Shown: positions 50,514-60,811 of the stretch, one piece after another
Layout of the letters: each line of letters opens with the position of its first letter
Position numbering within the stretch: position 1 is the first letter of the stretch
NCBI GenBank assembly: GCA_963667565.1
Contig: OY763415.1
Coordinates: 832,001 to 896,000 of the forward strand
Length of the DNA: 64,000 bases
Direction: 5' to 3'
From: Acholeplasmataceae bacterium
Lineage (GTDB): Bacteria > Bacillota_I > Bacilli_A > Acholeplasmatales > Acholeplasmataceae
The notes under the pieces: model-generated
What the model saw: only the letters and a program-made list of their open reading frames with translations
Database searches by the model: none
What the model was told of the DNA's origin: nothing
Made by a program: the position numbers and the translations under genes

Positions 50514-50525
50514 ACCTTCTTTCGA

Positions 50526-51959
50526 TTAATATGCTCGTGCAAACCAAATAGTTTGCGTTGCTTTCTTTCCAGTAACTGGACAATTTTGTGTAATCATTGT
50601 TTGATCAAATGGAACAATTCTTGCAGTTGCTCCAGTCTCTTGTTTGATTTGAATTTCAGCATCTTCGCCAGAGATGCTCATTTGAACATATCCACCTTGT
50701 GCTAAATATGATTTAAATTCATCATACGATTTTGCAATAAATGTATGTGTGTTCACATAATTTTTTGCTTTATTTAACATGGCTTGATGAATTTCTTCAA
50801 ATAATTCTATAGTTTTTGATTGAACATCTTCAACTTTGACTTGTATTTTTTCTCTGTTATATCTAGTAGCAAGTGTGACTAAACCAGCCTCTAAATCTCT
50901 AGGTCCTACTTCAATACGAATAGGGACACCTTTCATTTCATATTCAGAGAATTTCCATCCAGGTGATTTGTTTGAATCATCAACAATCACTCTAACACCT
51001 TGTGTTTTTAAAGCTTGATATATGTTATCAGTCGCCTTTTGGACTTCTTCTTTTTGACTTTGAATTGGAATGATAACCACTTGATTAGGTGCAACAAATG
51101 GTGGTAATACTAACCCTTCATCATCACCATGAACCATAATAATAGCTCCGATTAAGCGTGTTGATACACCCCAAGATGTCTGATATACAAACTCGCTTTG
51201 ATTATCAACATTTTGAAATTTAATATCAAATGCATGCGAAAATTCTTGGCCAAAATAATGCGTAGTCCCAGATTGGAGTGCTTGTCCATCTGGCATAAGT
51301 GCTTCAATCGTATAGGTTTCAAGTGCACCAGCAAATTTTTCTTTTTCTGTTTTTCTACCTGTAACAAAAGGGATTGCTAATAAACTCTCCCCTAATTGTC
51401 TATAGGTTTCTAGCATGCCTAATGCCTCTTGTTTTGCTTCATCAGCACTTGCGTGAGCTGTATGACCTTCTTGCCATAAAAATTCTTTACCTCTTAAAAA
51501 GGGTCTTGTTGTTTTTTCCCAACGAACGACACTGCACCACTGATTGTATAATTTTGGCAAATCACGATATGAATTAATAATCTTTGAAAAATGAGTACAA
51601 AAAAGCGTTTCAGACGTTGGTCTTACAATAAGTCTTTCATTTAAGTCTTCTACACCTGTGGTTGTAATCATAGCAGTTTCTGGAGCGAATCCTTCCACAT
51701 GATCTTTTTCTTTTTGAAATAATGATTCTGGAATCACTAAAGGCATATAAACATTTTCATGTTTAGTTTCTTTAAATTTTTTATCTAAATAATTTTGAAT
51801 ATTTTCCCAGATGGCATATCCATATGGACGATAGATGATAAAACCTTTTGCATCACTATAGTCCATGAGTTCTGCTTTTAAACATAAATCTGTATACCAC
51901 TGTGCGAAATCTTCAGATCTTGAAGTAATAGCTTGCACTAATTTTTGATTCTTCGACAT
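50526..51959 (-). CDS. proS: Prolyl-tRNA synthetase (archaeal/eukaryote-like type)
   Basis: RPTSET, FLRGKEFLWQEGH, C-terminal FARAY. Confidence 0.96.
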   Translation of the reverse strand: MSKNQKLVQAITSRSEDFAQWYTDLCLKAELMDYSDAKGFIIYRPYGYAIWENIQNYLDKKFKETKHENVYMPLVIPESLFQKEKDHVEGFAPETAMITTTGVEDLNERLIVRPTSETLFCTHFSKIINSYRDLPKLYNQWCSVVRWEKTTRPFLRGKEFLWQEGHTAHASADEAKQEALGMLETYRQLGESLLAIPFVTGRKTEKEKFAGALETYTIEALMPDGQALQSGTTHYFGQEFSHAFDIKFQNVDNQSEFVYQTSWGVSTRLIGAIIMVHGDDEGLVLPPFVAPNQVVIIPIQSQKEEVQKATDNIYQALKTQGVRVIVDDSNKSPGWKFSEYEMKGVPIRIEVGPRDLEAGLVTLATRYNREKIQVKVEDVQSKTIELFEEIHQAMLNKAKNYVNTHTFIAKSYDEFKSYLAQGGYVQMSISGEDAEIQIKQETGATARIVPFDQTMITQNCPVTGKKATQTIWFARAY

Positions 51960-51992
51960 AAATTCACCTTTTATTTTAAATGTATAATTTTA

Positions 51993-52286
51993 TTACTTTT
52001 TTTTGAATGCTCTTAGAATAACACCAACAAATATGAAAAAGAATATTGCCTGTGGGACAAACATATAAGCCATAGGAATAAAGTTAAATATGACTGCAAT
52101 ACCAATAACAAGTGATAAAATTGACATCGGTTTTATCTTAAAACGATAATCATTTTCATCTTTTTTATCAGAAAAATCATCAAAGTGATATTCTTGTTCT
52201 TGTTTCTTATTTGATTTTGTCTCGATTTGATCTAATTCATCCCAATATTTATCGTATTCAGCAAAAGGATCTTTTTCATTTTCCAT
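51993..52286 (-). CDS. Hypothetical small membrane protein
   Basis: Acidic N-terminus plus two C-terminal hydrophobic segments; overlaps the cvfB end. Confidence 0.6.
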   Translation of the reverse strand: MENEKDPFAEYDKYWDELDQIETKSNKKQEQEYHFDDFSDKKDENDYRFKIKPMSILSLVIGIAVIFNFIPMAYMFVPQAIFFFIFVGVILRAFKKK

Positions 52287-53124
52287 GTTTTTGCTCCACT
52301 AATATTGTTTTTCCATCTACAAAGTCAATACGTCTTTGTTTATATAAAATACCAATTGCTCTTTTAAATGCTTTTTTGCTCATATCAAATAATGACATAA
52401 TTTCTTCTGGAGCGCTTTGTGCATCTAAAGGCATTGTTTTATGCTTAATCAAATAATTTAAAATTTCATCTGCATCATCAACCATTTTATCTTCTTTAAG
52501 TTTTAAGCAAGTTCCACTATAACCTTTGTCAGAGAAATGCGTTACTAGAATGTCAATTCTTTTTCCAATCCATACATCTTCTTGATACATTGATTGATGG
52601 ACAAATATCCAAATACCATCATCTGTTAATGCATTAATGCCTGAATGACCAATTTTTTGGATCGTTGCTTCGACATGTGTTTTTAATTCAATCTCTTTTA
52701 AAATTGATAAATCTTCTTTATTGATTGGTTTTGCAGTTAATCTGTTTTTTTGAATCATTTTTACAAATACTTGATCGCCAATATGTGGCCACTGATCATG
52801 ATTTAATGGTAGATCATCTTTTGATAACAACAAATCTTTATTGATTCCCATGTTCATAAACACACCTAAACTTTGGTTAATCGCGACCACTTCAAGTCTC
52901 GCCGGTCGATCCATTGTTATGATTGGAGTCAAGAGCGTTGCTGCAACTCTACCTTTTTGATCAAAATATAAAAATGCATCAACAACATCATTGACGCTTA
53001 ATTCTTTTTTCATACTTTCGTTAAAATGAAGAAAGACTTCCTCTTCTCCATTGGTTAACATATACCCAATATCTGTTTTTCTTAATACCTTTAATTGATG
53101 GACATAGCCACTTAATAAATTCAT
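52276..53124 (-). CDS. cvfB: CvfB-family S1 RNA-binding protein
   Basis: S1 repeats; C-terminal MSKKAFKRAIGILYK winged helix. Confidence 0.88.
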   Translation of the reverse strand: MNLLSGYVHQLKVLRKTDIGYMLTNGEEEVFLHFNESMKKELSVNDVVDAFLYFDQKGRVAATLLTPIITMDRPARLEVVAINQSLGVFMNMGINKDLLLSKDDLPLNHDQWPHIGDQVFVKMIQKNRLTAKPINKEDLSILKEIELKTHVEATIQKIGHSGINALTDDGIWIFVHQSMYQEDVWIGKRIDILVTHFSDKGYSGTCLKLKEDKMVDDADEILNYLIKHKTMPLDAQSAPEEIMSLFDMSKKAFKRAIGILYKQRRIDFVDGKTILVEQKHGK

Positions 53125-53182
53125 ATTATCACCGTCTATTATTTTATCATATTATATGATAAATGTTAAATGACGTGAAAAT

Positions 53183-53206
53183 AAAAAGAGTGTTTTCACA
53201 CTCTTT
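53183..53206 (-). terminator. Terminator after the Fic gene
   Basis: AAAGAGTGT/ACACTCTTT. Confidence 0.65.
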
Positions 53207-53934
53207 CACACATCTAGTGCTTCTAACATCTCTTCATAGCGCTTAAGAAGCAAGTTTTTAAAGAATTCTGTTAGCGGTTTTAAGTCTTTTTCAACTTTAA
53301 ATACTTCTAAGTTTCTAATATATAAATCCATTTGATCTAGTGGTATTGAAATTGGCAAATAATTAGACTTAATTAAAAAGTAATTGAGAACTAATTTTGC
53401 TAGACGACCATTCGCATCCACAAATGGATGAATTTTTGCAATACTTGCATGTGCATAAGTTGCTTTTTCTAATGCATTACCCTTAAACAGTTCAATATCA
53501 TTAAAAAAACGGTTCATGCGTGCATAGACTTTAAGATGATCTGGTGGTTGGTGCGCAGCACCAAAGATTGATATGTTTACATTTCTATAAACACCGCCAG
53601 GGAATATACCAGCAACAAGCATCTCATGAATGTCTTTGATAAATTCTTCACTAAAAGGTCTATGTTCATGAACCTCTTTAACTACATATTCAAAAGCTTT
53701 TAAATGATTGAGAATTTCTTTTTGTTCTCTCTCGCTAAAATCAGGCAAAACCTTAGTCTTACTAATACGTTCAACATCTTCAACTGTTAGTTTTTTGTCG
53801 CACATACCGACAGCATCACAAGTATATGCCAATTTAAAATCTTCGTTGGCTTTTAAAACTTGTTTTGGATCACATTCTTTTAAGACATTACTTAGATGCT
53901 TTACTTGCATCTCTAAGAGATCTTTATCCATCAT
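53206..53934 (-). CDS. Fic-domain protein (atypical motif)
   Basis: IHPFVDANGRLAK; start moved to 53934 because an extended -10 TATAAT sits at 53959-53964. Confidence 0.85.
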   Translation of the reverse strand: MMDKDLLEMQVKHLSNVLKECDPKQVLKANEDFKLAYTCDAVGMCDKKLTVEDVERISKTKVLPDFSEREQKEILNHLKAFEYVVKEVHEHRPFSEEFIKDIHEMLVAGIFPGGVYRNVNISIFGAAHQPPDHLKVYARMNRFFNDIELFKGNALEKATYAHASIAKIHPFVDANGRLAKLVLNYFLIKSNYLPISIPLDQMDLYIRNLEVFKVEKDLKPLTEFFKNLLLKRYEEMLEALDV

Positions 53935-54008
53935 TATCACCGCTCCTATCTTGACTTTATTATAACATAAAAGCGCTATCATAGACAATCGTTTTCATAA
54001 TTTTACAT

Positions 54009-54041
54009 AAAAAAGAAGAGGGAACTCAAATTGAGTTCCCT
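54009..54041 (-). terminator. Terminator after the cold-shock gene
   Basis: AGGGAACTCA/TGAGTTCCCT stem plus T run on the minus strand. Confidence 0.75.
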
Positions 54042-54054
54042 ATACCTATGTAAA

Positions 54055-54252
54055 TTATAGTTTTGTTACGTTTGCAGCTTGTGGTCCGCGTGCACCGTCT
54101 TTAACTTCAAATTCTACTTGGTCGCCTTCTGCTAAAGTTTTGTAACCTTCAGATTGTATTGCACTGAAGTGTACAAAAATGTCTTTGTTATCTTCTGATG
54201 AGATAAATCCATATCCCTTATCAGCGTCAAACCATTTTACAACGCCTTTCAT
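54055..54252 (-). CDS. csp: Cold-shock protein
   Basis: VKWF, KGYGFI, DIFVHFS. Confidence 0.97.
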   Translation of the reverse strand: MKGVVKWFDADKGYGFISSEDNKDIFVHFSAIQSEGYKTLAEGDQVEFEVKDGARGPQAANVTKL

Positions 54253-54352
54253 TCATTCTTTCTCCTTTTTGTATCTTAAGCGATAAATCGCTCACATTTA
54301 TTATACACAAACCAAAGTTAAATTACAACATAATGAGGCGATTTCTCAATTA

Positions 54353-56143
54353 TTACGCAAATTGTGAATGATATAAGTTATAATATACCCCTTTTTGAAG
54401 CAATAAGGACTCATGTGTGCCTTTTTCAACAATATTGCCATCTTCTACTACTAAAATAAGATCTGCATTTTGAATGGTTGACAAGCGATGAGCAATAACA
54501 AATGATGTTTTATTTTCCATGAGTTTAAGCATTGCACTTTGAATTTCAACTTCTGTATGTGTATCAACATTTGAAGTTGCTTCATCTAAAATAAGCATTT
54601 TTGTTTTTGATAACATCGCTCTTGCAATCACTAATAATTGCTTTTGACCTTTAGAAATATTTAAACCTTCGTCTGTCAAAATCGTGTCATATCCTTGTGG
54701 AAGATGAATGATAAATTGATGAATTCTTGCTTTTTTAGCAGCCTCTTCAACTTCCAATCGACTAGGATTTCCATTACCATAAGCTATATTGTCATGAATT
54801 GTTCCATGGAAAACCCAAGTATCTTGTAAAACCATTGAAAATGATTTTCTTAAATCACTTCTTGGAATCGTATAGATATCATGATGATCAATGAAAACTG
54901 AATTTCTGCCTGGTTCATAAAAACGCATTAAAAGATTGACAAGCGTCGTTTTTCCAGCACCTGTTTTACCAACAATAGCAACCACCTTCCCTTGTGGAAC
55001 TTCAAAATTGACATCTTTTAATATAAGTTGGTTTTCTACATATCCAAAATTTAAATGTTTGACTTCTAAATCACCATGTATATCTAGATCTTTAATCACA
55101 TCTAAATCATCTAAGTCTTCTTCTTTTGCTTCTAATACAGTAAAGACTCTTTCAGCTGCTGCAAGTGCACTTTGAATGTCTGCAAATACACTTGACATTT
55201 GATTGATTGGTCCAGAGAATCTTCTAGAATAGAGTGTAAATGATGTCAATTTACCGATCGTAATTAAATTTTTAAAATATAAAATACCACCTAATACACC
55301 TACTAATGCAACCGATAAATTGGATACGAAATTAATTGAAGGTCCAACGGTTGTTCCGTAATAACCTGCTTGATATGATGCTTCTGCAGCTTCATCATTA
55401 ATCCCATCAAATTTTCTTAATACACTTTGTTCTTGAACATAGGATTGAATAGTTCTTTGACCAGTAATCATTTCTTCAGCAAATCCATTTAGTTCACCAA
55501 GTTTTCTATTTCTCACTTGATATTTCTTCTTAACTATTTTTGAAAGCACTCTTGTTATGATAATTGATATTGGGATAGTAACAATAAAGACCAATACCAA
55601 AACTGGTGACATGATAATCATCATGACAAATGATATGACTACCGTAATAAAACTTGTAAGGATGTTGATAACATCTGTTGCAAGAGAGGTATTGATATTG
55701 TCAATATCATAACTCATACGACTGATAATATCACCTGTTTGTTGTTTGTCAAAGTATGATATTTCAACCTTATTAAGTTTTTCAAATAAATCTTTTCTCA
55801 TTTTATAAACTACACTTTGCGAGATTTTTACCATGGCAATACTTAATAAATAATTAAGAAATGCTGATAAAAGATAAAATCCAACCATGAGTCCAGCATA
55901 TAAAAATACTTTTTGAAAATTGACAGTTCCATCCATAGCATCAACTGCAGCACCAGTTAAATAGGGTCCTACAAGTGATAATACATTGGCTATCACTGTT
56001 AAGAATAATGCAAGGATAAGTTTTGATTTATAAAATGTTAAATAATGCCATAATTTCTTTAAAACAAATTTAAGATTTTTAGCTTTTTGACTTCCATCGT
56101 TTCCTCGGCCGCGACCTGTACTTTGTTTTCCAGCATACATCAT
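54353..56143 (-). CDS. ABC exporter, fused TMD-NBD (heterodimer half)
   Basis: GKTGAGKT, ISKGQKQ, LDEAT, AHRL. Confidence 0.92.
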   Translation of the reverse strand: MMYAGKQSTGRGRGNDGSQKAKNLKFVLKKLWHYLTFYKSKLILALFLTVIANVLSLVGPYLTGAAVDAMDGTVNFQKVFLYAGLMVGFYLLSAFLNYLLSIAMVKISQSVVYKMRKDLFEKLNKVEISYFDKQQTGDIISRMSYDIDNINTSLATDVINILTSFITVVISFVMMIIMSPVLVLVFIVTIPISIIITRVLSKIVKKKYQVRNRKLGELNGFAEEMITGQRTIQSYVQEQSVLRKFDGINDEAAEASYQAGYYGTTVGPSINFVSNLSVALVGVLGGILYFKNLITIGKLTSFTLYSRRFSGPINQMSSVFADIQSALAAAERVFTVLEAKEEDLDDLDVIKDLDIHGDLEVKHLNFGYVENQLILKDVNFEVPQGKVVAIVGKTGAGKTTLVNLLMRFYEPGRNSVFIDHHDIYTIPRSDLRKSFSMVLQDTWVFHGTIHDNIAYGNGNPSRLEVEEAAKKARIHQFIIHLPQGYDTILTDEGLNISKGQKQLLVIARAMLSKTKMLILDEATSNVDTHTEVEIQSAMLKLMENKTSFVIAHRLSTIQNADLILVVEDGNIVEKGTHESLLLQKGVYYNLYHSQFA

Positions 56144-57876
56144 GATAAATCACCACCTAACTGATAAGCAGCAATCTCTTTGTATATTTGGCTATTATTT
56201 AACAATTGATTATGAGTGCCTTGTGCAATAATTTTACCTTCATCAATAAGTAGGATTAAATCAGCATCTTTAATACTACTTATTCTTTGAGCGATAATGA
56301 TTTTAGTTGCTTCTTGGTGCTCTTCTTTTAATGCTTTACGTAATTGCATATCCGTATGATAATCAAGCGCACTTGATGCATCATCTAAAATGATTAAATC
56401 AGGTTTACCCGCGATTGCTCTAGCAATGAGAAGTCTTTGTTTTTGACCACCAGATAAATTCATACCTTTTTGTGCCATTTCATATTGGTGTGCATGTTCT
56501 TTTTCATAAATAAAATTTGCTTGTGCAACTTCAGTAGCAAGTTTAATATCTTGATCTGTGATCTCATCTCTATTAAATTGAATGTTTCCATAAATGGTAT
56601 CTGCAAAGATTAAATCATTTTGGAAAACAACTCCGATTCGACTTCTAAGTTCATTTTGTTTAAGTTCTTTAATATCTCTACCAAAAAGTTTAATAGATCC
56701 TCGATCAACATCATAAAATCTCATGATCAAATTGATAATCGTTGTTTTTCCAGATCCGGTTGCACCAATAATACCTAGTGTTTGACCCTTGTAAAGTTTA
56801 AAATTAATATGCTCTAGATTCATCTCTTTTTGAAGATAAGAAAATGAAACATTTTCAAATGAGATATGAGGTTTGTTTTTATTTTCAACAATGTCTAAAT
56901 AACCATCTTTCATTTGAATTGGCATTTCTAATACTTCAAAAATACGTTCTCCTGATGCAGTTGCTCTTGATGATAAGACAAAAACTCTTGTGATACTCAT
57001 CATCGCATTTAAAATAATAGTAAAATAAGTGACAAATGCTAAAATTTGACCTTTTTCAGTCAATCCTTTGTCAATTCTATAAGCTCCAATCACCAAAACA
57101 ATCACCAATCCAACGTTCATAACAGCACGCATCATTGGGTTTATTTTAGCCATGGTTATGGTTGCTTTTAATTCTTTTTCAACCGTATTTTTATTTTTCT
57201 CATCAAATCGATTCATTTCATGTTCACGCATGGATAATGCACGAACGACTCTTACACCAGTGACATACTCTCTTAAAGTTCTAATGAGTTGATCAACAGA
57301 TGCTTGAGTCTTTTTATAAAGTGGCACCCCAACTTTTGATGTAAAATAGACAATGATAATAATCAATGGAAGCATTGAAATCATTACAAGTGTCAACACT
57401 GGGTCGATAAATAAACTCATGACGATACCGCCAATAAGTAATACTGGCGCTCTAACCCCTAGTCTTTGAATAGATGCAGATGCTTGATACATGTTGTAAG
57501 TATCTGTAGTCATTCTTGAGATTAAAGAAGGTCTTGTGATTTGATCGACTTGATTTGCAGATAATGTTTCTATTTTTTGAAACAAATCATGTCTTAAATT
57601 TTTAACTGCGTCTGCTGCAATTGCTTCAGCTCTTCTATTTGCTGCAACATTTAAATACCATCCAACAAATGCAATTAAAACCATAATGATACCTAAATAT
57701 ACAAGTGGCATCACAGACTGATTACCTTCACTTGTTAAATTGGGTATTTGCGTATCAATCATATAAGCAATCAAATAGGGTAAAAACAAATCAGTTAACG
57801 CACCTAGCGATTTAAAAGATAAACTGATTGTAAGCTTTCTCCAATAAGGCTTAATGATTCTTAAAATGTACTTCAT
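56140..57876 (-). CDS. ABC exporter, fused TMD-NBD (degenerate-site half)
   Basis: GATGSGKT, LSGGQKQ, LDDAS and AQR (E-to-D, H-to-Q typical of heterodimeric exporters). Confidence 0.92.
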   Translation of the reverse strand: MKYILRIIKPYWRKLTISLSFKSLGALTDLFLPYLIAYMIDTQIPNLTSEGNQSVMPLVYLGIIMVLIAFVGWYLNVAANRRAEAIAADAVKNLRHDLFQKIETLSANQVDQITRPSLISRMTTDTYNMYQASASIQRLGVRAPVLLIGGIVMSLFIDPVLTLVMISMLPLIIIIVYFTSKVGVPLYKKTQASVDQLIRTLREYVTGVRVVRALSMREHEMNRFDEKNKNTVEKELKATITMAKINPMMRAVMNVGLVIVLVIGAYRIDKGLTEKGQILAFVTYFTIILNAMMSITRVFVLSSRATASGERIFEVLEMPIQMKDGYLDIVENKNKPHISFENVSFSYLQKEMNLEHINFKLYKGQTLGIIGATGSGKTTIINLIMRFYDVDRGSIKLFGRDIKELKQNELRSRIGVVFQNDLIFADTIYGNIQFNRDEITDQDIKLATEVAQANFIYEKEHAHQYEMAQKGMNLSGGQKQRLLIARAIAGKPDLIILDDASSALDYHTDMQLRKALKEEHQEATKIIIAQRISSIKDADLILLIDEGKIIAQGTHNQLLNNSQIYKEIAAYQLGGDLS

Positions 57877-57905
57877 GGACTTACCTAATTTCTAATTTGA
57901 ATTTT

Positions 57906-58289
57906 TTAGTTTGTTATAATCTCAAAGTCTTCAAAATAAATATTAAAATTTTCGACACTCACTTTTGTTCGATGATCATAATTTAATATTTTATAATGAG
58001 CATTTGTTATTTCTTTCTTAAATATTTTTTTATTTAAATATTTGGTAGGTAATATCATAATAACTCCTGTATCAGTTCCAATGCCATTAAATATACCATC
58101 TCCACCTTCAGTTCTACTGACTAGAAACTTAATACCTTTGATTTGAAGCAATTGAAATTGATTTGGGTTTTTATAAAACTCTTTCCATAATGATTGAAGA
58201 AACGCTTCTCCTTCATCACTTTTAATTGTAACCAATGCAGGATCACCAACATAGTATGATCCTTTTTTTAATTCATAAGTTGTTCTCAT
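57906..58289 (-). CDS. Hypothetical protein (GDP...GDG...TDTG motifs)
   Basis: 127 aa; ATGA overlap with the endonuclease gene. Confidence 0.6.
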   Translation of the reverse strand: MRTTYELKKGSYYVGDPALVTIKSDEGEAFLQSLWKEFYKNPNQFQLLQIKGIKFLVSRTEGGDGIFNGIGTDTGVIMILPTKYLNKKIFKKEITNAHYKILNYDHRTKVSVENFNIYFEDFEIITN

Positions 58290-59260
58290 GGTAAATATCT
58301 TTTACTTTCTATTAGAATTGCAATAAAATCAAGCGTTTGACTTTGTTGATCAATTGCTGGTAACAAATCTGAGATTGTTTTATTTTCCCAAATTAAATGC
58401 ACATATTCCGGATGATCAATAAATGGATTTCTATTGCCTTGAGCACCATAAATAACCTCATTACGTTGACGTTCAAACTCATCTACGGGATCTAATCTAT
58501 GCCATAATAGCAATGTATCTAATAATCCCATATCGGCACCATCTAGTGAGTAATTATCAGATTCATCCAATAAATCATTTAAATCATTTGTCAAATGAAG
58601 ATAATCATACATGACGACCATATAAAAGAGTATTCTTGCAACATCGCCAATATGTTCATCTCCTGGATAAAAACCACCATTAGATGTGATACTATACTCT
58701 CCAGATCCAGCAGAGAAAAACCTATTGTTTCTTGTAGAGTTAACTACTGGTGTAGCTGCTCTTAAATTATGTAGGTCAGTGGCTTGATTTCTGTCAGTGC
58801 CATCCACTTCTTCTTCATTTCCAAGTCTTGACTGAGGCCATACATGTTCTCGATTCCATGTTGTTCCACCATCCCAAACATCATCAACTAATTTTGAATC
58901 ATATATATTATAAATTTTAGTTGGATCATCAATGGATAAATCTGATTCTGCTAAGTAAATTCTCGCATCATTATATGTTACTGGTTGAAAATTATTGTGA
59001 ATGATATCACTTAATTTATTTTCTAGTTGAACACCCATTAATTGATTCGTTTCATAATAATAATCAGTTAATGAAGTGGTTTCAACATAATAGTAATAAC
59101 CATCATCATTTTGTGATGAACTATATGTGTAAGCACTGTTTTGATCTTGGTAAAAAAAATATGCAATCGCAGCAATCAATACAAAAATAATGAATGATAA
59201 CACTCTATACTCTTTTGTTTTCTTCAATTTTCTAATGCGTTTTTCAACTGATTTCGCCAT
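58286..59260 (-). CDS. Membrane-anchored endonuclease I family nuclease (Bsn-like)
   Basis: NREHVWPQS, DLHNL, GDVAR, GNRNPFIDHP; N-terminal TM. Confidence 0.9.
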   Translation of the reverse strand: MAKSVEKRIRKLKKTKEYRVLSFIIFVLIAAIAYFFYQDQNSAYTYSSSQNDDGYYYYVETTSLTDYYYETNQLMGVQLENKLSDIIHNNFQPVTYNDARIYLAESDLSIDDPTKIYNIYDSKLVDDVWDGGTTWNREHVWPQSRLGNEEEVDGTDRNQATDLHNLRAATPVVNSTRNNRFFSAGSGEYSITSNGGFYPGDEHIGDVARILFYMVVMYDYLHLTNDLNDLLDESDNYSLDGADMGLLDTLLLWHRLDPVDEFERQRNEVIYGAQGNRNPFIDHPEYVHLIWENKTISDLLPAIDQQSQTLDFIAILIESKRYLP

Positions 59261-59324
59261 GAATACACCCTCTATTGTATATTGAATATATTATAACATA
59301 TATTCATATAGCACATGTTTATGA

Positions 59325-59353
59325 TTGACAATTATTTCTTAATCATTTATAAT
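59325..59353 (+). promoter_or_regulatory. Consensus sigmaA promoter of tRNA-Thr
   Basis: TTGACA-17 nt-TATAAT. Confidence 0.85.
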
Positions 59354-59367
59354 CGTTATTGCTGAAT

Positions 59368-59441
59368 GCCTCCATAGTTTAATGGCAAAACGCAGCCATG
59401 GTAAGGCTGAATTGTAAGTTCGATTCTCACTGGAGGCACCA
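59368..59441 (+). tRNA. tRNA-Thr(GGT)
   Basis: Cloverleaf: GCCTCCA/TGGAGGC acceptor, CAGCC-ATGGTAA-GGCTG anticodon arm, TTCGATT loop, encoded CCA. Confidence 0.93.
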
Positions 59442-59451
59442 TCAATAAATA

Positions 59452-59475
59452 TAGCACCTTAAAAAGGTGCTTTTT
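59452..59475. terminator. Terminator after tRNA-Thr
   Basis: AGCACCTT/AAGGTGCT stem plus T run. Confidence 0.75.
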
Positions 59476-60676
59476 ATATCATTTCTCGATCTAGTTCATC
59501 TTCTCGTATAGTTACTAGGCATTCATAAACTTTATATGGTTGTTTTTTGTGAAGTACTTCTATTTGATCATAAGGATTAATGATTTTATCAAATAACCAA
59601 AGATGATCTATATAGACATTGGATAAGTCAGCTAAAAATGATTCATGATCTTCAAGATATGTAATATGTTCATATTTATTTTTAAGATATATAATCAATT
59701 TTTCATCAACATTTTTATAATTAAATTTACTGATTAAACTATATATTTGAAAGCTTTTATCAAGTTGATCTGTATGGTAATAATATGTTGCAAGTTCATA
59801 TGAAAACATCAGTCCTAATTCATCTTTTTTAAGTGCTCTCACATTAAGTGACTTAATCATCTTATCTGCACCTTCATGTATAGGCATATCATAATAATTG
59901 ACACCTTCTAAATAATAACTGATGATAGATAGCATAAACAAATTAGGTTTTAACGCCTGTTGTCTAGAAATCATCCAAGAAGCTTCTTCAAATAAATATG
60001 GATTAAAATGATGATGTTTTAATGAAAATTTTTGATATTGAATCAGTTGAACCAATTGAAAAACCGGATCTTTTCTTACTTTGTCAAATGCGACAAAATC
60101 ACCAAAAATGTTTTGTGTAGACATACTAAATGATCTAACATAGATAAGACTTATGATCATTGTAAACATCGTAAAGATACAAAAAATCGTTAAAAATATA
60201 GGTCCAGTAGCATAAACTAGCGTTACAAAAAATGAAATAAATAATATAAGTGCATAAAAAATCGTGGCAAGCGGTGCAGTTAAAAGTGATGTGGCAAATG
60301 CATGTATATGATGATCAAACTTAGCATCTGATGTAATCTCATCTAAATCAGGGATTACCAATCCACCAAATAAAACCCATAACTTAGGATTAATAGTAAA
60401 TCTCCATCCACGATCTGTTTTATAAAAAACAAAAATTGTAATGTAAATAGCTCTTAAATGTATACCTTGAATTTTGAAGCTTATAAAATGCGCTAATTCA
60501 TGTATCGTTAAAGCAACATAGAATGCTACAAAAAAAGTTAGGAAATAAACCCACCAAGGAAGTGTTTGAAATCCTATTTTAAGTGGTTCCCACATATTAA
60601 GATATACTAATGCTGTATATGTAAATCCTGCCATAAATGTAAATAGGAAATACATAATCAATCGATAACTTTTCAT
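59474..60676 (-). CDS. M50-like HExxH membrane metalloprotease with helical C-terminal region
   Basis: LTIHELAHF within TM segments, FGGLV loop; probable start MKSY after GGAG. Confidence 0.6.
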   Translation of the reverse strand: MKSYRLIMYFLFTFMAGFTYTALVYLNMWEPLKIGFQTLPWWVYFLTFFVAFYVALTIHELAHFISFKIQGIHLRAIYITIFVFYKTDRGWRFTINPKLWVLFGGLVIPDLDEITSDAKFDHHIHAFATSLLTAPLATIFYALILFISFFVTLVYATGPIFLTIFCIFTMFTMIISLIYVRSFSMSTQNIFGDFVAFDKVRKDPVFQLVQLIQYQKFSLKHHHFNPYLFEEASWMISRQQALKPNLFMLSIISYYLEGVNYYDMPIHEGADKMIKSLNVRALKKDELGLMFSYELATYYYHTDQLDKSFQIYSLISKFNYKNVDEKLIIYLKNKYEHITYLEDHESFLADLSNVYIDHLWLFDKIINPYDQIEVLHKKQPYKVYECLVTIREDELDREMI

Positions 60677-60766
60677 ATACCGTCTCCCTAATGACATTAT
60701 AACACAAAGGAAAAAATGAAATACTTTAACTTTTGATTTTTCTTTGTTATTTTAACTTGCAATCTC

Positions 60767-60795
60767 TTGACAACTTTAAAAATATTTGCTATCAT
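60767..60795 (+). promoter_or_regulatory. sigmaA promoter of tRNA-Gly
   Basis: TTGACA-17 nt-TATCAT with extended TG. Confidence 0.75.
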
Positions 60796-60811
60796 TAAAA
60801 AGCACTAGGAT

